A stretch of DNA of 63,470 bases, filler included, from Intoshia linei (taxonomy: Eukaryota; Animalia; Orthonectida), in NCBI GenBank assembly GCA_001642005.1. It is 8 parts of 8 records of this genome, joined end to end, with 100 filler letters (N's around TTAATTAATTAA, not from the genome) between each part and the next. Parts side by side here need not be neighbours in the genome. Positions count along the whole stretch, not along the records: positions 27,696 to 35,393 come from LWCA01001526.1; positions 35,494 to 36,944 come from LWCA01002611.1; positions 37,045 to 53,630 come from LWCA01000850.1; 5 more parts are not named here. One strand, given 5' to 3'. The notes below the pieces were generated by a model. It did no database searches, had not been told where the DNA came from, and saw only the letters and a list, made by a program, of their open reading frames with translations. Numbering within the stretch: the first letter of the stretch is position 1; every line of letters begins with the position of its first letter. Shown in pieces: positions 34,428-48,600 of this stretch. The position numbers were made by a program, and so were the translations under genes.

Positions 34428-37400
34428 TCATAAATTAACACTTTATTTAATTTAGTTAAGTTAAGTTAATTATACATTATAATATTTAACTCATTTATTT
34501 AAATTCTAACAATATTATTTTTACGCACATCAGATATCGTTTAATTTTCTCAACATTACCATGCAGTGTTATTATTTTTTAGTCAACATTGACGTAGTTG
34601 TGATGCATTCCTTTTCAAAATGTATTTTAAAATATAGTATAGTTTATTTTTTGATATTATAATTTCTCAATAAAGCCTTATTATTAAATATATTATGAAA
34701 ATATACGATTCAAACTAGCAAACGACGTAAAAACAAATATGGTAGCATATTATCTAAACTCATCGTTTTTTCAATTTGTGACGAAGAATGGCTCATATTA
34801 TGTTTTATTTATACATTACTTTCCATTTATTTTAGATATTTACATAATTGAACTTTCAAATTTGATTTTCCTGAATCTCGAATTAATTATAGATTTATAA
34901 TTATAATTAACTTATAAATGCATCATATTGTTTTCGACATATTTTTAATAATATTACTTATTGTCACTAATCAATTAAAAACGTGGGACACAGAATATTG
35001 TTAAAATTGGATTTAAATTTAAAAAATATAAAAAAGGTTCTACAAAATATATATATATATATAAATATGGGGTTTCCCAAGTTTTGAATATTACTGTGAT
35101 AAAAGTGTTATATTTGTGGATTACAAGTTCAATTTCTATTAAAGATAAGAAACATATTGTAAATACGCTAAAGACATACTGCGAACGCTATAATTTATTA
35201 AAAAAGATAAAAATTGGAGATGTAAGTCCCAAATATTACGTGAGGATAATTTCATTAATACAATTAATAAATTGTTCTATATATCGACCATAAATGCCGA
35301 GTTGATATATACACATCCTGAAGACTTGTGTTTTTTACATGATCAGAGAAATGAAAGAAAGATGATGTTTGGTATGCTTGATAATGCGTTTGGNNNNNNN
35401 NNNNNNNNNNNNNNNNNNNNNNNNNNNNNNNNNNNNNTTAATTAATTAANNNNNNNNNNNNNNNNNNNNNNNNNNNNNNNNNNNNNNNNNNNNTAACAAC
35501 TTTTCATTATTCTATGCAATTTTAGAAAAATAGAAACGCGTTTGTCATCAGAAAAATGATGTATTTAACCTACTAGCTTGACTTTTATGTAATTCGAACA
35601 AACAGCATCCTAGTATTCATTATAACCACCTGACAGTTTTTTAAAAATGATTATGATGTTATCAATCTTCAATTAATTCCAATCTTTGGTTTAACTTACT
35701 TTGAAATTTATACTATCTATTTTGTGTAATATGAACAATGTTCATTGATCATTATGGTGTTTTACGAGAAATTTTATATTAAACTAGCTTGACTGTTGTG
35801 TACTTGGTATAAACAGCATCCTAGTTCTGCCGAGGGCAAACTTTTTTAATTCTTGAATAAAATATTACTTAAAAATGCTACACTCACCATTATTAATTTT
35901 TTAAAGGAATGTTTCACCATGTACCCGTCATTTCACATTACTTTTTAATATATTTTGTTAGCATTTGTGTAAAGAATTTTGTGATCCAATTGTTTGAATT
36001 TATTAGAGGAGAATGATATTATAATCTTAAAAATAAAATAAAACAGTACAATACTAAAAATTGTTATAAATGACAAATTCCGGAAAAAATTTTAAGGTTC
36101 ATTAACGGATAAAATGCGTCTGGACGTTTTATGGTTACACTAAAAAAAAATTTTTTTTTTTAGAATTTTTAGCGGAGTCGCTAGCCATTTTAAAAATTGC
36201 GTGCAGAAATGTACAAAAACGAAAACATAATTGTATTAACTTGAATTGTATGATGAGATGATGTATCTATGTTTTGAATGGTCTTGTGTTGACTTTGTAT
36301 TATGTCTGTTTTTTTCTTCATTTTGTGTCTTTAAAGTCAATTCTACCTCATTTATTATAGTTTTTAGAGATAATTTTTAAATTAAATTTTAAAAATAATT
36401 TATAATCTATTATTAAATTATTTATTTATAATATTTATTTACATATTTTTTATAATCTTATAAGAACTTTAACACATCGATAAAATAAAAAGTAAACGAG
36501 CTAGAATTGAATATAAAATTACAAAGTGAAAAACCAAACATGGCGATCAACACAAGGCCATATCTACTGTATCCATGGTAAAGTACCAATAAATAAAATT
36601 GTTTATTAATGTTTGTAAGACATTTTTGAATCATCATTTTTAAAATGACAAGCGACTCTACAAATTTTTATTTAATTTAATTTTTTGTTTAATTACTCAA
36701 TTTTTTCCGAAAAGATATCCAAAAGAATAGATGATATTATTATTGGTGTATTACTTTCCATCTGATGAACTATCTGAGTCTTTTGTTTGTGTGTGTGTGT
36801 CCTACTTTATTGAAATAACTAGCACTTGTAGAATTTTTTAAAGACCATATTTTTAGTTACAGTTTTTTCCGGGGCGTATAATAAGATAATTTTCAACCTC
36901 TCAATTTCACATCTTAAGGGTCAAAAACCCCTGTTGTCCCTCTTNNNNNNNNNNNNNNNNNNNNNNNNNNNNNNNNNNNNNNNNNNNNTTAATTAATTAA
37001 NNNNNNNNNNNNNNNNNNNNNNNNNNNNNNNNNNNNNNNNNNNNTGGTGAAATTAGACGCTGTAACTATTAAATTATATGTTGCAATAATAATAACTCAA
37101 ATTTTAGTACTTTTTTTAAATATTTTCCTAAGAATGTTACTGTATAGTGAAATTGATATTTGGCCAAAAAAACTGGCTGTCAATCCCATAATATACATAG
37201 AATATAATGATAAAGACTGTACACTAAACATTGCTACCATCAAGCAGTCAATATTTGTGAAGTCAATATCTTATATGGTATTTAAATACACAGCACTACC
37301 AAAGCACACTAGGAATCTTATTGTTACTAGGTAACAACACTAAAGTTAAAATTTTGTTATTTTATAAAATTAGAGATTAATTTCTTAGATTTTTAACCTA

Positions 37401-38012
37401 AAATTTATCCTAAAAATAATTTTTTCATTGAATAATCATCAAATCACCGTAAAACAATCTCATCAATATTAAATTTGATAAAAAAAAAATTTAAGATGCA
37501 AAATTTCCAATAAATTCAATTAAATTAATTTTCCACGAATTATAATTAAAATACACATTCCTTCCAACTGTTGAATTAAATTATTGACTTTTTTTTTTAG
37601 TCCGTAAGTACCGTATTTTCCATCCCAAAATATTTTGATTTACTTCCCCATTTGAAGGTTTAAAAATTTTTACGGTAGTTGACTAAGTGCTACATTGCTC
37701 ATGTCATCAGCATTAAGATAAATACTATTAATATATTATATATATTAAAGTGTTAAGATTTTTCTAAAACAAAAAATCCAGAGTCGTACGGCCTAAGAAA
37801 TGAGTTAAAACTAATTTCTATGATTTTAGTTTTTTATATTATTGCAAAAACATCAGACTACTCGCGATTTAAAATTACCCGTTTTAATTTGAAATTAACT
37901 TTTTTTTCTTTACATTTATTTTGGCAAAAATAACGTAATTTATCGTAACTTACGGAATGAATTATATAATTGATATTGACTTTATTTATGTAGATACTTA
38001 AACTAATTAATC

Positions 38013-38131
38013 CAATACGGCCATACTAAGATGGAAACACCTGTTCTCGTCTGATCACAGAAGTTAAGCATCTTCGGGCTTGGTTAGTACTTGGATGGGT
38101 GACCGCCTGGGAAGACCAAGTGTTGTACTAT
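38013..38131 (+). rRNA. 5S rRNA (single dispersed copy)
   Basis: TACGGCCATAC...CTCGTCTGATC..AGAAGTTAAGC...TTAGTACTTGGATGGGTGACCGCCTGGGAA.ACC..GTGTTGTA, followed by a TTTTTT pol III terminator. Confidence 0.95.
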
Positions 38132-38761
38132 TTTTTAATGTTATTATATTTGTACCTTTACAAAAATTTTTCAAGTTGTTTTGTCACCGTGAATAAGGCG
38201 CAGGACGACTTGATTGAAATTAATTAATTTTTGAAAGAATGTAATTGTTAACTTTATTGAAAAACAGCGTAAATTACATTTAATTTTAAAGAAAATAAAT
38301 ACGGACTGTTTCTGAAAACAACTGATCATTTGATTGCCCTAATGATGACTTAATCAGTTTTTCTGAATAAATATTTGTTTAATTCAAAGTTTTCCAATAC
38401 ATAAACATTCCTAGTTAAATTGAAATAAATACTAGATAATCTGTTACAAACATTGAAAGAAATGATTTAACTTCAATAGTAATTAAGTAATGGTTTTTAA
38501 ATTTTTAATTTTTGATCAAAATCAACTGTACTTTACTATACGAACCCTGGTTAATCCAATCTCTGAAAATAATTGGTGAACATAATGTGAGTCACATCAC
38601 ATTACATATTTAAACGTAAATTTTAATTACAATAGAAATATTGTATCAATAACAACAAAAATCTCCATCACATTTCAACAATTCTACGTTTCCAAGCAAA
38701 ATCTCATAGTTTCTAGAAGATAAACAGAGTTTATTACAGACAGTTTATATTTTTAATAAAA

Positions 38762-40330
38762 ATGGGACTAGAAGATTGGGTTTTAAACGAATATGACAAA
38801 CAAAGAAGTCCATTAACTTTGAATGTAAAATTGGAAAATAGGAATGTAATTAACAACCCAAAAAATTTATCCGAAATTACTTGTCCTATATGCCTCGGTA
38901 TACTAAGAGATACAATGACAACAAAAGAATGTTTACACAGATTCTGCAACGGTTGCATTATAGCTGCTTTAAGAAACGGTAACAAGGAATGTCCCACCTG
39001 TAGAAAAAAATTAATATCTAAACGTTCTCTTCGACCGGATCCAAATTTTGACGCAATAATATCAATTGTAATTTATTCATAAATTAAATTAGATTAAATT
39101 TTATTTATATTATAGATTCACCAACAAAGCGATAATTCCGAATGTAATGATGACATTTACAAGGAAAATTATGCTGAAGCTAATAGAAAATCCCATTCAA
39201 AGTTATTTCGAAAACAGCTTATGAATAAAAAAAGAAATTCCAATAAAAACCTACAAAAATATCTTGATACTGCATCCGACAACAGTAATTCCAATGTGTC
39301 TCAAAATTACACTTCAGATGATCCCGATTACGCCAGTAATGGGTAACATTATAATATTTTAACTGTAATACTTTTTACAGTTTTTTGTTCTGATTTAAAA
39401 AGAATTATACATAATCGTTTTTTACCGTATATAATACTTTTAAAAATCAACATTGATATATTTTTTAATAAAAATTTAGTGATATAAATCCTAATGTTAC
39501 TAGTAATGACAGCACTAATGAATCAGCAACTTCTGTTGCGGATACAAAAATATACCAAAACGTTTACACTGAGGTAGAATTTAAAGAAGCAGAAATTGTA
39601 TTTTATCCATTTTACAATAATAACTACTATACCCATGAGAACGAAGAAGACTTAACTTTGAATGAAGAAGAGTTAAAAATTAAAAATTTCTTTAATAATA
39701 AAATTGCACATGTTCGAATGGTGCGCACTGACATTGCAGCAACAGGTTAGCTTACATTCAATTTATTTTATTCTACCTCAATTAGTGTCTTTACTAATTA
39801 ACGTGTCAATTAAATTCATATCTAAATGTATATTTCAATGCCGACTGAAAGAAAACATACCAATTTAGAAAATGAAATTGGAAATAGTAATAAAATTTTA
39901 ACATACTGTCGGTGGTACGGCTTTATGGTGTATTAGTCTCTAACTTTACTGAGCTAAAAAATTTCACTAATTGAGGCCTGCATGTATTATAGTTTTATTA
40001 TTAATTATTATTTTTTATGTTTATTATAATAGTTGGCCACATGAAAAATTTTTTATTAATTCGTCAATCTGTTGAAGCCAAAAACTTTAATGGTAATTTT
40101 AGATTATAATAATTTTGACTTTAAAATTAGAAAACTTGAAGGTTGAAATTTTCACTTCTATTTCAAGACGAGATTTATTGAAAATTACAGATTATACAAA
40201 AATACCTGGACTAGATTGTAAAACAGATTTAACCAATATTATAAAAAGTTTACCAACAAATGAAACTAAAAATTTCAATTCAAATTATCAGTGTATCAAC
40301 TTATTTTATCGATATGTAAATACAAATTAA
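38762..40330 (+). CDS. RNF2: Polycomb PRC1 E3 ligase RING1/RNF2 (Sce) homolog, multi-exon
   Basis: [60 protein letters not shown]. Later exons [24 protein letters not shown] and LFYRY are consistent with a RAWUL domain. Confidence 0.92.
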
Positions 40331-40529
40331 ATTAAATATTTGATTTTTCCAGTAGCCTCGTTATCATTATTTATGCGAAACCGTCTTTATGAGCAAACTA
40401 TAATTCTTTAGTAAAGAATCTTTACGTATATAAAAATGATAATAACAAAGTTGTATTTTGTTGTTGTAGTTTTGTACAAACTGATTTTTTGATAATGAAA
40501 AAAAACTGACTTCCACCCATAATGTAGAC

Positions 40530-41261
40530 CAGTGCTTCTCAAACTTTTTTGAGTATTCACCCCTGTGACACATATTTTTGTTATATTGACCCCCAATAAA
40601 ACAATTATTATAACGTTATAATTGTGTAGGAATACACAATTTGCACTTATAGAATGTACTGAATTAATTAAATTTGAGTACACATGACGTCTTCACGTGA
40701 TCACATCATTTTAAATTTTCATTGTTTGTTTCAGCAATCAGAAATAATGCATGGTATTTTCATAAGAGTAATCATGTTTAAATCTACGTTGTAAACCACT
40801 ATCATTCAAAAATAAAAAAATATAGTAATTGTGATTTGCATAATTTATTTATTGATAAAAATATCAATTAGATGAGGAACTTTAAAAAAAATTTGGTTAA
40901 ACTGAATGTATGGAAGTTAAAGTTACTTCAATTTTGTACACGAAACATCTAAATTTGATCTTTTCTTTTGAAATCAGATAGAGATTTCTATATAAAATTT
41001 TAATAAAATTGGATTTTTCACAAAAATATTGGTAAAAGGTGATTATTTCCTTAGTGGTTGGTAAAATTGGATTTTTCAAAAACTTATTGATAAAAAGGAA
41101 TTTTTTCTTTAAAGGTTGGTAAAATTTTGGTTTTTTCACATATTTGACTAAATTGAATAAAATATGTTAAAAATTTATTATTCACTACTATTCACCCACA
41201 ATCATATAAAATTTTAGTATTCACCCGTTGGGGTGCACAGTCACCCCCATGAGAAGCACTG
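40530..41261. mobile_element. hAT non-autonomous element
   Basis: TIR CAGTGCTTCTCA / TGAGAAGCACTG with TSD ATGTAGAC. Confidence 0.9.
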
Positions 41262-42679
41262 ATGTAGACGCTCAATGCACTTTTTTTTTGAAATTTAAAA
41301 TGAATTTTTAATGAATGAATTTCATTTTTAATTTTAATCGAACATTTGAAAAATATTGTTGATAATATATTAAAAAATATTTTCACCGGAAATGTAGATT
41401 TCTGGGTTAACATTTTGTATTGATATCAACTGGAGTTTTACAAATTGCATATTCTTACAACAAATTTTTCAGAGTGATATTTTATCGCAAATTTCCATTT
41501 CAGAAATTGAGTGCTTCAAGGTTAAAAACCCGAATTGTCTTTTGTTTTTAAATTAAAACCAGTCCTAGAATTATAAAACATAAACATTCTAATAAAAAAT
41601 TTTAAATTCATCAATATAATAATTTTAAAATCTTATATCTTCACTGCCAAAACCACAAATTACCCGTTTTTGAATAAATTAAGAAAGGCTTAGTTTTTTA
41701 TACATCATAAATTCTGGGATGGTTTTTAAATTCATAAGCATTATCATAAATGATAACCTCAACAAAAACAATTTTCACGGTTAAAAATCCCAGATCACCT
41801 TTTTTTAAAAACAGTCTTCAAATTTAAATAAATTTACAGATGATACAGTTAGATCCAGTTAATACACACAAAAAATTTCAATCTGATAAAGTGACGCCTT
41901 CATGGTCAAAAAGCACATTTTACTTTACTTAAGTAAGGATTTGAATTTTATGGATCCTAACCTTATAGTTTTGGACTCATGGGTTCAGGGGACCAATCGT
42001 CAACCACTGCATTAATCCTTTGGCGTAATTTACATGTATACAAACAAAAATAAGACCATTAAAAATTTGAAATGTTTGTATGCAAACATAAAATGTATCT
42101 AAATTTGAAATCTTTCTATACGTGTAAAAAATTGAACTATCTAAATTTTATTTTTGTGAATGCGTATAAATAAGAGGCGGTACAAACATTGTATAGTAGG
42201 GTGTCACATTTTTCAAAAAATGTTAGAATTTGAAAGACGAAGTAGCTAGGTGGGGTGTATTTTTGAAAAAAAAAAATCCGATGACTAACTCAGAGATTGG
42301 TCTAGTAACGATGTTGCATTGCTTAATTAGCTAATTAACAATAAATAGCTAAATTCAACTTTATTTTCATGTTTTTCTTAATTTTTTCATCCAAAAACTT
42401 AAATTCCTGCTTCGTTTGCGGATAAAAATTAAAAAAAATTGTATATTTCAATATATCGTGTTTAGCTACATAATTTACAATTGACTTTATTCTATAATAT
42501 CAAAAAAAAATTTTAAAAATTAGTTATTATTTTGTTTTGGTGTTTAAACTATATTTTATGGTGTAAATAAATTTAGCCACTTTTTTGAGATTTTGACTGT
42601 ACTATGGTTTTCAATGGAATTCAAAAGTCTTAAAACCCAAAATAATCTAGAAATATATTTTAAAAAACAAAATGTACAT

Positions 42680-43042
42680 TAGGGGTGTTCCAAAATTTTA
42701 TAAATTAGGTCCAAATACTCATAAAGTTGCGTGTAATAATTTTATGATAATCGTAATAAAAAGAAATTTTTGAAAATTTTTAGTGGAAGAGCTTGCGATT
42801 TTAAAAATTTCATACAAAAATGTTCTACAAAAACTAAAACATAACAGGATCCCATCGTAACATTCCAGTAAATAAAGTTATATTTTAGTTTTTGTAGAAC
42901 ATTTGTGTATGTTATTTTTAAAATGGCAAGCTCTTCTACTAAAAATTTTCAAAAATTTCTTTTTTTTACGATTATCATAAAACTATTACACGCAACTTTA
43001 TGAATATTTGGACTTAATTTATAAAATTTTGGAACAGCCTTA
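42680..43042. mobile_element. Fold-back (hairpin) MITE
   Basis: Imperfect inverted arms of ~165 bp around a ~30-nt loop. Partial copy at ~60415-60480. Confidence 0.88.
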
Positions 43043-43221
43043 TTGTACAGTGTACCAAATAAAATAAATCTATAGAAATGAGAATAAAAAATATTCAGTT
43101 AAATCAAGTTTATTTATTTTCCTATAACAATTTCATAACAAATAATTAAAATGATTTGCCCGCTCGACTCGAGTGGCTCGTGTAGTGTCTTTTGATATCT
43201 ATACATGTAAATTAAGTTATA

Positions 43222-43735
43222 CAGTAGAATCTCTTTAATTTAAAGTCAATTTCATTGAATAATTTTTAGTTGTGAACCTCATAATTTCTTTCCATATAGT
43301 TACTATATAAAAAAGTACATTTTTGTTGAAGTCAATTTCATTTAAATACTCTTCATTTTAAATATTCACATGTTCATTTTTATATGAATTTTGTAATTGA
43401 TTTTGAAAAATTCTGAATTATTTTATTTAAATTTTATATTGTTTGTTAATTTTATTATTACGAAATTTTTTCATTTATAATTTAGTGTTTCATAGAATAA
43501 ATATTACCTATGATTTATTTAGTTAATCTTATATATAGAGAATTAAATCGTATCGGTGTTCGATATTCCATATATAATGATTTAGCTGCTGTTAAAAGTT
43601 ATTTGGACTAAATTTATATTAATTTATTTTTATTAGTCATAGAAACGTCAAATTAAAAATTGTAAATAATCATTGTAGTTGAAGAATTCCTTGTATTGAA
43701 TCAAAATGGCACTTTAGATTAAGGAGATTCTACTG
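43222..43735. mobile_element. Tc1/mariner (Tigger-like) MITE
   Basis: TIR CAGTAGAATCTCTTTAATTTAAAGT / ACTTTAGATTAAGGAGATTCTACTG with TA flanks. Confidence 0.88.
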
Positions 43736-44346
43736 TATATGAATACACCAAACGTACACTGGACGCATTGTATTCTTGAATGCGTGTGACACTATAATGC
43801 ATATGAAACTAAACTATTTACTCTAAAAATAAAACCTTTATCGAGTTTTGGAATAAACGAAAAATAAAAGTAAAATGTTACGTACATTCTGTCATGTACG
43901 AGTAATTAACATATCGATTAAACCAATTAACAGTGAATTGATATGCCTAATTGCCGCAATAATCCTATATAAACCCATAATTAGTTGCACTTGTATTGAT
44001 TAATATAAAACAAGACTTTGATTCAGTAATAAGAAAACTTTAAGAAATTCATCACAATATAATAAAATTTTTATCATATTCGTTTTAAGTATAACAGAGT
44101 ATGGAGTAAAAATTGTGTCAGAAGTAACTTTGTGATTAATTAATTATCGATATTCTTAGTTTTTTGGTTTATTATATAAAGATAATATAAACAAACATTA
44201 AGAATTTTTTCATTGCGAATATTAATTAATCAAATTTATTATCCACTATATCATGTATTGATTATATTTGTAAATCAATAGATGACAGTTAAATGTGTTG
44301 ATGTATATATTAATTAAAAACAACTGATATTTTAAAAAAAAATTTT

Positions 44347-45552
44347 ATGTTTACGATGAATACCTCTATATTAATTAAAAACTCTGTCAGTTTAAATGTG
44401 AGCCAAGCGGAAATTTTGAATTACTTGCACGAATTAAAATACAATGTATCGTCTACCACCGCAATCTGCTTTTTTATGATATTCGGATTTTTTATATTTA
44501 TTGGTTCATTGGTAAATTTTATAGTTTTGGTAATGTGTGTATAATATCATTTTAAACTTTTTTAGTTTTTAATAATCACCCATAAATCTTTGCGAACATA
44601 CAATAACGGATACATTGCTAATTTAGCATTTTGTGATTTTTTTCTATGTGCATTAGTTGAACCATTCAATGCTTATCGTATTATCATGAACAAATGGACA
44701 CTCAATGAATTTATATGCAATGTATCAAATTATTTACAAATTTTATAATTTTGTAGACAATTTCTGTTGTATCCGTTATGACGGTGTTTAGTTCATCCTT
44801 CAGCATATCTGCCATTTGCTATGATAGATACAAATGCATTGTACATCCACTCAATAGAGATGGGGATCGAAATAGACTAATTATATCAATATGTTCCGTT
44901 TGGATAATTTCTATATTCGGAGCTCTGCCCACTTACTTTCTGACCGAAGTTTTGTGTAAGAAACAAATTAATAATACATTTAATCTTTTTAGCTTTCAAA
45001 TTGGCCCAAAAAATTATCATACGGACTTGTTCCCAAAAAGTTAATACACACTATTTACGTATCTATTCAACACTTGCTCTTATTGTTCAATTTTTACTTC
45101 CTCTCATCATCATAACAATATTCAACATTACAATAATTATCCAACTAAAATCTCATCTTAAACACAAAATCAAATGTGGCACCATTAAAAGCACGATAGA
45201 ATTGAAAATCCTATGTACCAAAAATTCCTCACGTTTATCTAGTAAAAAAAAAACTAAAAATTCCACCAATTTCAACAAATATAAACTAGAAAACGACAAA
45301 ACCAAAAAAAATATTTTAATACTGTCCCTCATTGCCATTATTTTTGCAGTTTGTTGGCTTCCACTCAATATTTTAAATTTCATTATTGATTACAACTATT
45401 ACACAATTCCATATGTAGAAATAATAATACCCTGCTGTCATATTTTTGGGTTACTATCCGCGTGTATTAATCCAATAATATATGGATGGCTAAACAAAAA
45501 TTTACGTCAACAATGCATCACTTGTTTTAAAATTAAAATATTATCAAATTAA
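44347..45552 (+). CDS. Rhodopsin-class neuropeptide GPCR, NPY/NPF-receptor-like (about four exons)
   Basis: IANLAFCD (TM2), AICYDRYKCIVHP (TM3), QFLLPL (TM5), FAVCWLPLNILN (TM6) and SACINPIIYGWLNKN (TM7). Confidence 0.9.
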
Positions 45553-45668
45553 AATTTTTTTTAATAATACAATGTAACTGATAAATGTAATCAGTGAAAA
45601 GTATTATAATTTATTCAAATACATTGTGTTTTATTTTGGAAATTTAGTTTAAAGATTCAAGATTTAAT

Positions 45669-48600
45669 TTATCGATCAAATTGTACCAATGCTGGAAATG
45701 TCCGCATTCTGAGTCTTTCTACTTCTGCACGTAGTATTGATATTTCTTGAGCTTGCGATTTTGCAATTTCAATCAAGTGTCTACGTCTGATAATCTTTTT
45801 GTAATTTTTAAGCGCTCTTTCCTTTGCATTCTTATCTAATTAACACAAACAAATATATTTATTTATTATTATTTGAGACATAAACAAATAACTACACCAT
45901 TTACAATCCAATTTCACTAAACTGAAATCTGATTTCGCAAAACTGAAATTTATTTTCGCAACTTTAAAAACTTCAAATTTAATTATAAATAAATGTTTAT
46001 TGTGTATTATACACAATAAGTATATTATAATGTTATAAAATTATTCATGAAGATCTTCACCGCGGCTTACAGCACCATATTATCGCTCCACATGATTGGA
46101 GAAGTGAAGTAATTTTAGTAAATAAATATAATTATATATTTAGTTGTGTTATATAAGTAAAGGATATGCGAGTTGGAGTTGAAATTATTTGGTATATTAT
46201 TGATTAGCTTATATACATTTTTCTAATCTTAATTTTGGTAAAACATTTAATAGTATAAATAGAGTTTTCCAGAAATGACTTGTTTCATTTTAAGACCGAT
46301 TTTTTAACTGATTAAAGACAATGAGTGTATCATCTTAAAAATAAAGTAACAAATATAAAACATTTCAGTGTTCCATCGGTTTTGAATGTTTTTAAGGTGA
46401 CAAAACTGAAATATTAAAAAATACCAATCATGTCATCAATATAATGTCTGTCCAATACAGATACGTTAATATCTTCAATTTGTAACTTTATGGCATAGTT
46501 TTGCTCTTGTTTTGTAAGAATTTGTTTTTTCAAAATAGAATTTGATTTTTCAAATTCTTTCAATCTTTTATCGTGAAACTAGAAGTGTTAAATAAATCAA
46601 AATATAATACCAATGAAATGGAGGTACGCTTCGTAAATTTTATAATTTATGATTGTTCAGTTGAATATTTAAAAAAATGAACAAACAAAAAAAATTAATA
46701 TACAATAGTAAACTCTCTAAAAGTGATTACATTTTATAGGCAATGGGTCACTTTCTATACCACAAAAATAAGATGAAATATACAAATCTATAAACAGTGT
46801 TTATTAAACACTTTAATGTCATGTATATAAGTTTCGGTACGGTAATTGAAAAAATGATGCGTACTAATCTATAATGTATATACAGTGGTTTATCGATTAT
46901 ACGTACAGCAAAACTAAAAATGTAACTTTATAAATTAATTTAATATCAAAACAAAACTTAATAAAAGGAGTAAAATTATCTCCACCCTTACTTACATAAT
47001 TTGCTATGCAATATTTGTTTGTGTGTGTGTTACCGTTTATTGAAATAACTACCACTCTTAGAATTTTTTAAAGACCACGTTTCAATTACACCCTGTTGTC
47101 TCTCTTTTTGAAGAGCAAACGAGTTGGAGAATTTAAAAAAATATATCAATTGTCCTTCTTTTTGAAATCAAACGAGTTGGAGAATTTAAAAAAAGTATAG
47201 TTTTTCCGGGACGTATAATAAGATAAATGTCAACCTCCCAAACTCACATCTTACGGGTCAAAAACCCCAATTGTCCCTCTTTTTAAAAATCAAACGAGTT
47301 GGAGAATTTAAAAAAATATATATGCCGATACGGATTTTAAAATCATAAACATTATCATACATTTAAATTTAAAAAATTATATATCTTCAGGCCAAAACCC
47401 TAAATTACCCTTCTTTTTTTAATGAAAACTGCCCTATAATTTCAAAAAATTTCAATCGGAATAAGTGACGACTTCACGGTCAAAAAAGCATTTTAATATT
47501 CATATTTTTTTTTCGAAATATTATATTAAAACAAAAAATTTGAAATAATTAACGCTCCGAATATTAAAAAAAGAAGATTATTCTGATAGAGATTATTCCA
47601 GTTGATATAAATACAAAATTTCAACCCCAGAAATCTTCGAATTCCCTGTGAAAAATAATTTTTAATATATTATCAACCAATATTTTTCAAAATTTCGGTT
47701 AAAATAAAAATTGAAAATGTAAATATTGACTCTTTCAAAAAAAATGTGCATTGAACCTATATACATTTCCAATAAAGAAATATGGATAAACCACTGTATT
47801 TACTTGTTTCTGGTTGATTAATGTTTTTTCATAAGTTGAAATTTCGTTTGCAATTAAGCCATCATAATTATTCGATTCTAAATACTAAAAACATATTAAA
47901 TGAAAGTAAAATGCATTTTACTTTTTGAATTTCTCTAGTTACTTTTAATCTACTCAACTCTTTCATTTTTTCCAAATAATCAGTTAATTTCATAATCATT
48001 CGTTCTCTTTCCCTAAAAGATTTTAAAAATTTGAAATAATATTTAAGATTACCATTCTAGTTGATATATTCCTCGTTTAAAATCTTTATTTTCAATCATA
48101 ATTTCAATTTTTTCATCACTCATCGTCTATAATTTTATAATATTTATTTATTATTATAGATTAACGTTCGTAAAACAATGTTCATTCATAACGTATGCAT
48201 TAATATTTTTTACCTTAATTTTTACATTTAAATCCTCAATATTAATTCTATGTAATAAAATGCTATCTGAAAATTCGTAAATATTGTTTTTTAATTTAGA
48301 TTCAATTTGTCCTTGTTTGAGTACAATTTGTATCTGTAAATTGACGCAGTTTAATTGTTTAGCTTTTTTCAATCTAAATTTAAGTTAAGCTAGGTGTATA
48401 AATAATTACAGACATATACAGAATGGGTTTTACTTCTAAGAACTAAGCCTCAGAACTTAATCATTAAGTAAACATTATCTAATTATAGAATAATTTCCAA
48501 AATTTTTATAAAGTAAATTACGTTGACTATTATGTACATTGTACAAACAGCAGTTAGCTCTGCTGAGGGATGACTTTTTTTCTACCAAAAAAATAAATTC

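Noticed and set aside
36238-36776. Two possible minus-strand exons between gaps
   Set aside because: Short, with no recognisable homology; cannot be supported.
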